A DNA stretch of 32,000 nucleotides from Nostoc punctiforme PCC 73102 (GTDB lineage Bacteria > Cyanobacteriota > Cyanobacteriia > Cyanobacteriales > Nostocaceae): positions 180,001-212,000 of the forward strand of contig NC_010631.1 of assembly GCF_000020025.1 (NCBI RefSeq). The letters are read 5' to 3'. Position numbers and translations under genes: made by a program. The number at the start of each line of letters is the position of its first letter. Position 1 is the stretch's first letter. The notes under the pieces are model-generated. The model was given only the letters and a program-made list of their open reading frames with translations, ran no database searches and was not told the origin of the DNA. Below are positions 10,200 to 20,500 of the stretch, piece after piece.

Positions 10200-10539
10200 A
10201 GGTGAATTGCTCGAAATTTAGTCCAGGGCAGCGATTGGATTTTAAAAATGATTTCGAGTCAACTGTAACAAGATAGCCTCAAGACTTTGTGGTGCATGGT
10301 TCGTGGTGCGTTGGTGTTCTTGAAAATTTCGTTGATGTATTTCGTGGCTTTTGCGTAATTCAAGCAGTACATTGTCCAAAATTGCGCTAGAAATACTTAT
10401 GTACTAAGTTCTTAAAGAAACTTCGGATCTAAAAATGTGGTATATTAAGTTTTAGAAGCGTAAACCATTTTAATAACTTGATAGTTGCTGCTGAAATTCA
10501 TGCAGAGATACGGGTTTGGTCTTGAACTAGTGAAATCTT

Positions 10540-12702
10540 ATGCGAACGAGCGAACAAATCAAGGCAGAAATCAAAGAAAAATTTGGTTTTGTACCACCCT
10601 TCTTTGAATCGGCAGAAGAGAACATACAGGTATTGGAAAACCTTTGGCAACAAACTGTTTGCGCCTATGTAAACAATCCGTTGTCGTTAGTATTCAAAGA
10701 GAAACTCTCTGCGTATCTATCACGTTACTGTGCTATGCCTTACTGCATGATTTGCCATAGTTGTTCGTTATATTCTCTTGGGGTAGAAGCATCAAAGGTT
10801 TTAGAGATGATTGGCTCACCGCCTCCGGCAGAAACAGATATTGAAATACACCTTTGTCTACTAAGGAATTCAATTAATGAGTTAATGGACTTATCTTCTT
10901 TAAGTCCAATAGTTGAAGAAAGTCTACTCTATTGTTCAATTTATATGTTCCTTGAACCAGAGCAGTCTCAATACTGCCGGAGTGAACTGCGGCTTCTGCT
11001 TGGGAGCGTAAATTATCAGCATCTAGTGACGTTTGCTGGCTATGTAAAAATGTGTCATGTGTGGGTAGAAAGTCACCCGGAAGTGAATTACCAAACAGAC
11101 AAACGAGCTATTGAGCATTTGGAGAAACTAGTACAAGGAGAGCCAGGTTTAAGTGATTTTTTTAGCAACTACATCAATAAAGTTAGGCATGAACGTGAGA
11201 AGAGAGCAGAACAAGTAGCTCAAAAAGCCAAGTACCAGCGTATTCAAGAAGCATTGCAACAAGTCAATGGTGAATTAGAAGAAAAAGTTAAGCAGCCAAC
11301 TGCCGAGTTATCAGATTTTAATATGTTATTAAAACAAGAAATTGATAAGCGTCAGCAGGCAGAAGCACAATTACTTCATGTAGTTTTTCATGACTCATTA
11401 ACAGGTTTACCGAACCGAACCTTATTTATACAAAGACTAGAGCAGGGTATCGAGCGAGTCAAAAAGCAGCCAAGCGTAGGACTTGCCCTACTATATCTAG
11501 ATTTAGATCGTTTTGGGGTGGTTAACAATAGTTTAGGATACACGAGTGGAGATCAATTACTAATTGCTTTTGCTCGGCGGCTTGAAATCTGTGTTAGGTC
11601 TCAAGATATATTTGCGCGTTTAGAAGCAGATGAGTTTGGTATTTTACTAGAAGATATTCAGGCTCTTAGTGATGTGATTGGTTTTGCTCAACTGCTGCAA
11701 GAAAAGTTAAAGATGCCTTTTTATTTAGGTTCCCAAGAGGTATTTATAAGTGCAAGTATTGGCATTGCCTCAACTACGGTAGGGTATGAACAGGCACAGA
11801 TCCTTGTGGGCAATGCTAATATTGCAATGCATCGTGCCAAGAGTTTAGGTAAAGCGAGTTACAAGGTGTTTGACACACCCATGTTCATGGAAACTAACAA
11901 GCTATTGCAGTTAGAGTCCGACTTGGAACGTGCTGTTGAGAACCAAGAATTCCGACTTGCTTACCAACCCATTGTTTCACTCTCAACCAATAATCTTATT
12001 GGCTTCGAGGCATTAATCCGATGGCAACATCCACGAAGAGGTCTTGTATTTCCAGGGGAGTTTATTTCAGTAGCAGAAGAAACAGGAATGATTGTAGACA
12101 TCAGCTACTGGGTACTTCGAGAGGCTTGCCGCCAATTATATGTATGGCAACAGAAGTTTTTGAATGACCAGTTGGCAATTAGTGTTAATATTTCTAGCAA
12201 ACAACTTTCGCAATCAAATCTCAATCAAGAAATTCGCCAGATTTTAGAGGAAACGAACTTAGACGCACGCAACTTGAAGCTGGAGCTTACTGAAACCACG
12301 ATCGTCGAAAATAGTCAATCTACAATAGAAAAGCTTTGGCAATTAAAAGAAATGGGAGTGCAATTGCATGTAGATGATTTTGGAACAGGCTATTCCTCGT
12401 TAAGCTACCTGCATCATTTCCCCATAAGTGTGTTGAAAATTGATCGCTCGTTTATCAATCGGATAGATACTAATAGCAAAAATGCAGAAATTGTGTCCAC
12501 AATTATCACCCTAGCCCATAATCTTGGCATAGACGTAACAGCCGAAGGAATAGAAACACTAGAGCAATTGGAGCTACTTCAGAAATTGCAATGCAAATAT
12601 GGTCAGGGATATTTATTCTCGAAACCAGTTAAAGCTTCTGCTGTAAAAAGCAAGCTGAGACCATTTCTGCATGAAGATAGGTCATATAGATGGGTGCATT
12701 GA
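10540..12702 (+). CDS. AhpD/CMD-like N-terminal domain - coiled coil - degenerate GGDEF - EAL protein (probable c-di-GMP phosphodiesterase)
   Basis: The N-terminus reads KFGFVPPFFESAEENIQVLENLW...KEKLSAYLSRYCAMPYCMICHSCS. This follows the carboxymuconolactone-decarboxylase/AhpD pattern, with C69-x-x-C72-H73 at 10744-10758. The GGDEF signature is EADEF (11623-11637) and is preceded by an intact RxxD (RSQD). The EAL domain is intact: EALIRWQHP, ELTET, DDFGTGYSSLSYL, QGYLFSKP. Confidence 0.9.
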   Translation: MRTSEQIKAEIKEKFGFVPPFFESAEENIQVLENLWQQTVCAYVNNPLSLVFKEKLSAYLSRYCAMPYCMICHSCSLYSLGVEASKVLEMIGSPPPAETDIEIHLCLLRNSINELMDLSSLSPIVEESLLYCSIYMFLEPEQSQYCRSELRLLLGSVNYQHLVTFAGYVKMCHVWVESHPEVNYQTDKRAIEHLEKLVQGEPGLSDFFSNYINKVRHEREKRAEQVAQKAKYQRIQEALQQVNGELEEKVKQPTAELSDFNMLLKQEIDKRQQAEAQLLHVVFHDSLTGLPNRTLFIQRLEQGIERVKKQPSVGLALLYLDLDRFGVVNNSLGYTSGDQLLIAFARRLEICVRSQDIFARLEADEFGILLEDIQALSDVIGFAQLLQEKLKMPFYLGSQEVFISASIGIASTTVGYEQAQILVGNANIAMHRAKSLGKASYKVFDTPMFMETNKLLQLESDLERAVENQEFRLAYQPIVSLSTNNLIGFEALIRWQHPRRGLVFPGEFISVAEETGMIVDISYWVLREACRQLYVWQQKFLNDQLAISVNISSKQLSQSNLNQEIRQILEETNLDARNLKLELTETTIVENSQSTIEKLWQLKEMGVQLHVDDFGTGYSSLSYLHHFPISVLKIDRSFINRIDTNSKNAEIVSTIITLAHNLGIDVTAEGIETLEQLELLQKLQCKYGQGYLFSKPVKASAVKSKLRPFLHEDRSYRWVH

Positions 12703-13358
12703 GTAATTTAGTGATGAGTTGTCCGTAAAGGGGTAGTGATAAATATGTAGTGAAATCTGATATTTTCTAACTCAATTATTCGTTTGTAGCTATTAAAATT
12801 TTAATTATATTTAACTAACTAATTGAAAATTCTCTAAATATAGAGTTTTTAAATATATAATTTAGCTAGAACGTGTTACATATTATATGTAATAAAGTCC
12901 CAGTGTTTTTAAATTCAACTATTTCAGCGTTGATGTCAGTCTCCACACCTACTTGCCCCAATTGTGGTTCTCAACACACTGTCAAAAATGGGAAGATTCA
13001 TAATCAAAAACCAAAATATCAGTGTCAAAACTGTAAAAGACAGTTTATAGAAAATCCCACCAATAAAGTTATTAACAAAGATACTATAGAACTGATTGAT
13101 AGACTTTTACTTGAGAAAATACCTCTAGTAGGTATTGCTCGTGCTGCTCGTGTTTCAGAGACTTGGTTGCAAAAATATGTGAATAATAAATATACCCAGA
13201 TTCCTACTCATGTAGATGTTTCAGCCAAACCAAGAGGTAAATTGATTATTGAATGTGATGAGGCTTGGTCATTTGTAGGTCATAAGAATAACAAGCAATG
13301 GATTTGGTTAGCTTTGGATAAAAACACTAGAGAAATAGTTGGAGTTTACATAGGCGAT

Positions 13359-13376
13359 GCCTACGGCGGCAAGCTA
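13359..13376. repeat. 18-nt GC-rich in-frame insertion inside the IS1 transposase (small-dispersed-repeat-like)
   Basis: gcctacggcggcaagcta adds AYGGKL between YIGD and RSEDGARGLW. From memory, related IS1-family transposases have 9 residues between YIG and LW, which is the count here once the 18 nt are removed. The segment is much more GC-rich than the AT-rich IS around it. Confidence 0.45.
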
Positions 13377-13430
13377 CGCAGTGAAGATGGAGCCAGGGGA
13401 TTATGGAATTCTCTACCACCAGTTTATCGC

Positions 13431-13456
13431 GGAGCCGGAGACGCTCCGCCTCCGGT
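13431..13456. repeat. 26-nt GC-rich palindromic insertion that frameshifts the IS1 transposase (small-dispersed-repeat-like)
   Basis: ggagccggagacgctccgcctccggt sits exactly between PVYR (codon cgc) and the out-of-frame QCAVCYTDFW. It contains the dyad ccggag/ctccgg. Its length is not a multiple of 3. Confidence 0.55.
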
Positions 13457-13852
13457 CAATGTGCTGTTTGCTATACAGATTTTTGGGCGGCTTACGCACA
13501 AGTTATTCCTAGCAAACGTCATCAGGCAGTAGGGAATATTGTGGCAAGACTAACCATATTGAACGCTTTAATAATACAATGCGTCAAAGAATTTCTCGTT
13601 TGGTTAGAAAGACTTTATCCTTCTCTAAAAAGTTAGATAATCATATTGGCGCTATTTGGTATTTTATTCATCATTATAATTCTTGCTGTTGCGCCTAAAT
13701 TTATTATCAATACATATTTACCACTACCTATTTAACTTTATTCGAATATATTTATGCTGAAGCGAAACTTTTATAAGATTTTCAATACTTAATGTCTTGC
13801 ACCTTGATTGCGAGGCTGTGGCTGATACGCCAACTATTCTGAATGTTAAGCT

Positions 13853-15682
13853 CTAAGCCGACTTGACCTTTTGACTGATAGGAATTTCAATTTGAAACTC
13901 GGAGCCTTCTCCCAGAACTGATAAACATTTAAATTTTCCTTGATGCTGATCCACTACAATTTGGTAGCTAATTGATAATCCTAGTCCTGTACCATCCCCT
14001 ACTGGTTTAGTCGTGAAAAAGGGGTCAAAAACTCGTGTTCTGATACTTTCTGTTATTCCTGGGCCATTATCTTTAAAGCAAATTCTCACACAGTTATTTT
14101 CTATTAATTCAGTGCAAATAGTGATTGTACTAAAATTAGTTTCTAACTGCTCTTTTAAAATATTATTATATTTTTGATTCAAGGCATACATAGAATTATC
14201 TAAAATGTTCATAAATACTTGATTTAATTGTCCGGCATAACATTCAACTGGGGGTAATTCACCATATTGTTTGACAATTTCAATGGCTAATTGCTTATAT
14301 TTAGCTTTGAAACAACTCTGTGAAAACAGAAGAGTGCTATCGATTCCCTCGTGAATATTAACCAATTTCATCTCGGCTTCATCAAGCCGGGAAAAATTTC
14401 TTAAAGCTAGCACTATTTCACGGATGCGGTTAGCACCTACTTTCATTGACATTAGCGTTTTGGGTAAATCATCATAAATATAATCTAGGTCAATTTCTTC
14501 TATCCACTCAGAGATTTCTATATCTGTACCTCTGTAGTCTTGCCGATAAAGATTGATTAATGAAAGTAAATTGGTCACATATTCATCAACATGGGTGAGG
14601 TTCCCAAAGATAAAATTGACAGGGTTATTAATTTCGTGAGCAACACCTGCCACTAATTTACCAAGAGAAGACATTTTTTCCGCTTGAACTAATTGAGATT
14701 GGGTATGCTGCAACGACTGTAAAGCTTTACTGAGGTCTTGAGTTCTTTCCTCAACCCGGCTTTCTAAGGTTTCACGAGCTAAGTTGAGTTCATGGGTGTA
14801 TTCTGCTATGCGTTGAATGAGCTTATTGAAAGAGTTAGCTAAAACTCCTATTTCATCTGCGGTCATTACTGGAGCTAAGATATCAAACTTTAATTCTTCA
14901 GTTGTTCGCTGGGCAACATTAGTTACAGCTTTGATTGGGGCAGTAAGTAGACGACTTGTGTAAATTGCCAAAGTTGTAGCAATTATTATTGATAAAATAA
15001 TACTAATACTAATCAGCCAGAATCTAGCTTTTAAGACATTTTGTAAATGAATTTCTGCATTTTTATTATCTTGATAAGAAGCAGAGATAACTTGAGTTAG
15101 ATCATCATCTATCATATCGTATTTAAGTGCTATACGGCTAGTAGAAAAGTTTGATAAAAGTTTTTGCGTTGCTTGTATATCTTTTAATTTCACATCTTCA
15201 GAGAGAATTTTTTCTACTAGCGTATTTACTTGTTGAATATATACATTTGGGATAGTAGAGTAAGTTTTCAAAAAGCTGGGTATACCTTCAGCATGGTTTT
15301 CCTGCTGATAATTTTTAGTATTTATATAAGACTCAAGATCAGACCAGGCTTTTTTGATTTCAATAGCATAACTAGAAAAGTTAGAATACTCCTTCTTCAA
15401 AAGTTCAGGTTGATTAACTAAATAGATAAATTGTTGTTGGGATGTCCTTGCCTGTAGTACAGTAGCTTGCAAGCGGTAGAGCAGGCTAATTTCATATTGA
15501 GCATTACCTTTTTCCTGTTGTGCTGGAGTTTGGTAAAAATCTCCAATGATTAGTCCAGTAACTGTACCCACAATAGCAATACTGAGGCTAAGTGCATATC
15601 CATAAGAAATTTTCTGACCAATACTAAGATTGTGAGTTACTTTCGCAAGCAAACGATGAGGCAGTGTTATGAAATCATTCAT
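13853..15682 (-). CDS. Membrane sensor histidine kinase (TM - extracytoplasmic domain - TM - HAMP - HK)
   Basis: Two hydrophobic segments (ALSLSIAIVGTVTGLIIG and FWLISISIILSIIIATTLAIY) bracket an approximately 190-aa domain. The HAMP region reads LTAPIKAVTNVAQ...EIGVLANSFNKL. The H-box is EKMSSLGKLVAGVAHEINNP, the N-box is NQVFMNILDNSMYAL, and the G-boxes are DNGPGI and GTGLGLSISYQIV. Confidence 0.9.
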   Translation of the reverse strand: MNDFITLPHRLLAKVTHNLSIGQKISYGYALSLSIAIVGTVTGLIIGDFYQTPAQQEKGNAQYEISLLYRLQATVLQARTSQQQFIYLVNQPELLKKEYSNFSSYAIEIKKAWSDLESYINTKNYQQENHAEGIPSFLKTYSTIPNVYIQQVNTLVEKILSEDVKLKDIQATQKLLSNFSTSRIALKYDMIDDDLTQVISASYQDNKNAEIHLQNVLKARFWLISISIILSIIIATTLAIYTSRLLTAPIKAVTNVAQRTTEELKFDILAPVMTADEIGVLANSFNKLIQRIAEYTHELNLARETLESRVEERTQDLSKALQSLQHTQSQLVQAEKMSSLGKLVAGVAHEINNPVNFIFGNLTHVDEYVTNLLSLINLYRQDYRGTDIEISEWIEEIDLDYIYDDLPKTLMSMKVGANRIREIVLALRNFSRLDEAEMKLVNIHEGIDSTLLFSQSCFKAKYKQLAIEIVKQYGELPPVECYAGQLNQVFMNILDNSMYALNQKYNNILKEQLETNFSTITICTELIENNCVRICFKDNGPGITESIRTRVFDPFFTTKPVGDGTGLGLSISYQIVVDQHQGKFKCLSVLGEGSEFQIEIPISQKVKSA

Positions 15683-15961
15683 AATTATGAAGAATTTGGT
15701 TGATATTTCCTTATACCTTGATGTAGCTTTGGCTCCTTAAGATTAATGGATAGTAACTCTTGTAAAAGTTCCTAACAGTTTTTCAGCATTAATACGTGTT
15801 AAGGTTTGTCACACTACTAGTTGCTTAATCAGTTATTCTAATAAGTATAGGTATAAAAAAGGTAAAACTGCTACATAAATTATATTGAAAAATAATACTT
15901 TTACAATACCTTCGCCAATTTACGAAGCTGAGTTGATATATTAACGTCCTGTTCTCAAAGG

Positions 15962-16087
15962 TTTGGCAAAAACAATAAGCCCTAAAAATTCCTTTAAGGT
16001 ATTCCCAGCAGTATCAAGGGTTTGATCTGACAAGCCACCCTGTCAGCTAAACCCTTATCTATGAGTTGTTTTGCCGTTTTTGCCAAA
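15962..16087. repeat. Nested inverted repeat (MITE-like element or structured RNA)
   Basis: The outer arms are tttggcaaaaac (15962-15973) and gtttttgccaaa (16076-16087), 12 of 12 complementary. The inner hairpin pairs aagggttt (16016-16023) with aaaccctt (16049-16056) and encloses ctgaca/tgtcag. Confidence 0.45.
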
Positions 16088-16736
16088 ATTTTTGTAGGCT
16101 ATTATTTTGGTAAAGGTATTGTTTTAGTGAGCTAATATAATCACAGAAATACCGAAATTTTCAAGGAGTTGATAAAAACTATTAATCTCAACTGTAAATT
16201 TACTGAATTCTGCCTAATTTCATAAATGTTCTTAAATTATTTGGATATTATTTGGCATCTTTTGATCTGGCAAAGGACAGGAAATCTTCAATACACTACA
16301 CTAATCACAAACCTATAGAGACAATTAGCGTCCTCCACTACGTAAACAAACGCAGTGCCATTGGCGTTCGTTTTGGTGTCGCAGACAAGCCTCTAGTACC
16401 GAATCTCCGGCTTGTTAAGCCTAAAAGTAGGTAGTGCACGGGTTGCAGAGGGGCTATTGAGGTTCTTGAGGTGGAGGGGATGGGGAAGTAGAGGAGCTCT
16501 TGAGGCTCTTAAAGCAAGAAACTATTAATCAAAAACTCTTTCCTGCAATTCTCCCCCTGCTCAAGAACTGCTGCCTCGACCATTTACCTTTACAAGCGTG
16601 CCATTCCCTCTAGTACCACTTCTCTACGAGACGCTGCATGAACGTGGAAGCAAGCGTTAGCGTTAGCATTTCCATTGGCATAGCCTCTTACGAGTGGGAG
16701 AAGGAGAAGATAAGGCGATCGCGGATTGTCTTACTG

Positions 16737-16830
16737 ACTTTTCCCGCTATCTCGTTGATTGAGCGTAGACGCTTTGTGGTGAAGCAGTTCAAGGAGATAG
16801 CGGGAAAAGTCGAGTTGAAACTGCTTCACC
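16737..16830. repeat. Two interleaved perfect inverted repeats (pseudoknot-like topology)
   Basis: A is acttttcccgctatctc (16737-16753) and A' is gagatagcgggaaaagt (16794-16810), a 17 of 17 match. B is ggtgaagcagtt (16778-16789) and B' is aactgcttcacc (16819-16830), a 12 of 12 match. The order along the sequence is A-B-A'-B'. Confidence 0.5.
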
Positions 16831-17543
16831 CGGAGGGCAAGTCATAGACATTGCTTACTGATGGTAACACGGTTCGGATAAGCATTTTTCACTTTCCTTG
16901 TAGTCTGGGGAATGGGGTTTCGGGTAAAGTGTAAAAAATATATTCAAAACCTTTCTTCTTGTAACTGAATTGTATTGCCTTGCCAGGGATAAGGAATTGG
17001 GTAGAAAGTAAACAGATTACTTCGGAAGCTTACTGCCCCTGAGCAGACAGCACCTTGCGAAAAACGATCTTGTCGAAGAAATATTAAACTGATTTTTGGG
17101 TTAATTAGCAATTGCTTGGCTTGAATTGGGAATTCTAAGGCCGGGTGAAAATAATTTCTAGTACAAATGGTTTTTAAACTTCGCTTGATTGCAATGAGCA
17201 TTCTGCTCTTTGTCAGATTTACTTGATCAGCAAACCGTTAAAAAAGTCCCTGTTAAGGGAAAACTAAAAGTCAGATCATATTTTGATTACATCAAAATAG
17301 GCATTTCTTATTAAATCTGGCAAAAAGCTAGATATTAAGTGATTTTTTGGAGGAATTAGCAATTCAAAGCCCAGCTTCTGGCTTGAGTGGAGTAATGTTC
17401 GCTGTGAAAATATCCTGAGAAGGACTGAATTTTTGGCAGGGGAGATAACCGTATTTTTACTATTACTCTCAACAGTAATTAATTAGCAAAATAATAAATA
17501 CATAAATCTCTAAAAATACTCAAATATTTAATTGTACTCAAGT

Positions 17544-20500
17544 ATGGAATTCCTCACAAACCAAGTAAGCCAAACTCAAGAAATATTATTGCATCGGATT
17601 GCCAGCCGTATTCGACAGTCTTTAGAACTACAAGAAATTTTATCAGCGACGGTTGCAGAAGTGCGCTCATTTTTAGGCACAGATCGCATCAAAATTTATC
17701 AGTTTCAAGCGGATGGTCATGGGTTAGTAATTGCTGAATCGATTCAAGAAGATCGTTTACCACCGCTTTTAGGATTAAACTTTCCCGCAGATGACATACC
17801 ACCTTATGCGCGCGAACTGTTTGTGCGAGCGCGTCAGCGATGTATTGTTGATCTAACAACACAAGAAATTGGGATTAGTCCTCTGGATTGCCCAGAAACA
17901 GGTAAACCATTAGAGCAGCAAGATATTCGCTATCGTCCGGTAGATCCTTGCCATCTGGAATATCTGACAGCGATGGGAGTCAAGTCTTCAGTTGTAGTCC
18001 CGATTGTTTTAAAAAATCAAGAAACAGGGAAAGACTCATCACCTAATGTGATGGAATCATCTCAATTGTGGGGATTATTAGTATCGCACCATTCCCAAGC
18101 GCGAGTCGTGACACAGCAGGAATTATTGTTAATTCAGTCGGTGGTAGATCAAGTAGCAATCGCCATATCGCAATCGATTTTACTGACTCAAGTACGAGAA
18201 CAAGCCCGTCAAGAAGCAATTATTAACAAAGTTACTGAGCAATTACATAGTACGCCTGTTGCTCAGTTGCAAACTGCCTTGGAAGAAACAGTAGCTGCGT
18301 TTAATGGTTCTGGAGGACGACTCTATTTACTACCAGACGACGAACAAACAGCAAAACTCTATACTTTTGGGTTACAGCCTAATCAACTAGATATTGGGCA
18401 AGAGCAAACACCAAGCCCTTTGACTCAAGAGCTATCGCTGGTAGATCGGGCATGGGTTTCACCGATGGAAAGAAATAACGAAGTTTTACTCTTAGCAAAC
18501 TTAAGAGAAGGTTCTGATGTCTTGAGGAAGGGTAGACCTATTGAGGAGCATCGATTATGGCAGAAATATCTGTTTGCAAGTATCTGCCCTCCTGAGAATC
18601 TAGAAAACCCCAGTCATAAATCATGGTCAGTGAATTGGATGAGGGCGATTTACGCTTTAACTCCTCCAGTTAACGAACTTAGTTATGACTCGAATTTATG
18701 GGCGATTGCGGATCTTTATAAAGAACCGTTATTACGCTCAGTTGCTCCCTGCTTTCAAACAACGCAAGTTCGGGGTTTATTAATTGTACCGCTACAGCAC
18801 GGTAGTACAATTGTTGGCTGCTTAACTATCTTTCGAGATGAGGTCGATATTGAAACGATTTGGGCAGGCTGTGTGGATACTGATTCTCGTCAACTGATGC
18901 CGCGTCAGTCCTTTGCTGCATGGCGAGAACTGAGAACTGGGCAAGCACAGCAGTGGTCTGAGTCGGAAATCAAATTGGCTCAAGCTTTAGGTGAACGCTT
19001 TGCCACAGCAGTCAAGCAGCATCGACTTTACGAACAAGTGCAAGCTTTGAATGCCAATCTAGAGCAGCAAGTACGAGATCGGACTTTAGAACTGCAACAG
19101 ACTAATACCGATTTGCAACACTCAACAATTGAGCTACAGCGTTCAGTTGAACGTCAGCAAGCCCTGGCGCGGATTATTGCTAATATGCGTCAGTCACTCG
19201 ATGTGACGACTATTTTCCGCACCACCACTCAAGAAGTTTGCCAATTGCTAGAGTGCGATCGCTTAAGTGTCTATCGCTTTAATGCTGACTGGGGAGGTGA
19301 ATTTGTCGGTGATTATGAAACGGCAAATCCGCGATGGGGACGAAGTATCAAGCTTGGCGTAGGTATGGTATGGGATGATACGTACTTACAGGAAACTCAA
19401 GGTGGACGCTATCGTAATAATGAAACTTTTGTCGTTGATGATATACACAGCCAAGGATTTACCCAGTGCCACATTGAGATACTAGAACAATTTCATGTTC
19501 AAGCTTTCATGATTGCACCAATTTTTGTCGGGCAAGAACTATGGGGCTTATTAGGAGCATATCAACATTCCAGCACGCGGCATTGGCAAGCTTCAGAAAT
19601 TGAGTTTTTTACACAAATAGCAACGCAATTGGGAGTGGCATTACAACAAGCCGAATACTTAGAGCAAGTACGAGCGCAAACCAGAAAGTTAGCCCTTGTA
19701 GCAGAGCAGCAGCAAACTTTAGCCAGTGTAATTACCAAAATTCGGGAATCGCTAGACTTGAATGCGATTTTTGAAACTACCACTCAAGAACTCCGTCGAG
19801 TACTCAATTGCGATCGGGTTGTGATTTTCCGTTTTTATTCCGAATCTAATTATGATGGCGGCGAAGTGATTGCAGAAGATGTTGCAGAGCGTTTCTTATC
19901 GACATTAACAGCGAAAGTATACGATCGCTGTTTAGGACAGGAGCATATAGAAAAGTTCTGCCAAGGCTACGTTCATGCCGTGACCGATATTTATAACAGT
20001 GAGTTAAATGAGTGTTATGTTTCAATGCTATCTCGTTTCCAAGTTAGAGCGAATTTAGTCATTCCGATGCTCAAGCAAGGGCAGCTATGGGGATTATTAG
20101 GTATTCATCAATGTCAAAAATCTCGTGAGTGGCAAGATTCAGAAATCGAATTTGTTCGTCAAATTGCGGCTCAGTTAGGAGTAGCTTTGCAACATGTGGT
20201 ACTGCTTAACCAGACACAGCAACAAGCGATACAACTTGCTCAGGCACTAGAGCATTTGCAGCAAACTCAAGCTCATCTACTTCATTCTGAAAAAATGTCT
20301 TCTTTGGGATTATTAGTAGCAGGAGTTGCCCATGAAATTAATAATCCAGTTAACTTTATCTCTGGCAATCTCAGTCATCTTCATGAATATACGCAAAGCT
20401 TAATTAAGATGTTAAATATCTATCAGCAGATATATCCTCAACCTCATCCAGAAATTGAAAAACAAGCAATTTTATCAGACTTAGAATTTATTGCCGAAGA

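Larger units (their letters stand above)
12933..13698 (+). pseudogene. IS1-family transposase (InsAB-like), disrupted
   Basis: The N-terminus carries a zinc finger (CPNCGSQHTVKNGKIHNQKPKYQCQNCKRQF), followed by ECDEAWSFVGHKNNKQWIWLALD. The conserved continuation QCAVCYTDFWAAYAQVIPSKRHQAVG lies in a second frame. NHIERFNNTMRQRISRLVRKTLSFSKKLDNHIGAIWYFIHHYN lies in a third frame, with its stop at 13696-13698. Confidence 0.75.
12732..13728 (+). mobile_element. IS1-family insertion sequence (inactivated)
   Basis: The terminal inverted repeats are ggtagtgataaatatg (12732-12747) and catatttaccactacc (13713-13728), matching at 15 of 16 positions. They enclose an IS1-type transposase reading frame. 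I found no flanking target duplication. Confidence 0.75.

Noticed and set aside
16252-16847. ORFs 16252..16434 and 16638..16847 in the long spacer.
   Set aside because: They are translated straight through GC-rich dispersed-repeat modules and inverted repeats. They have no RBS context and no recognisable protein motif.
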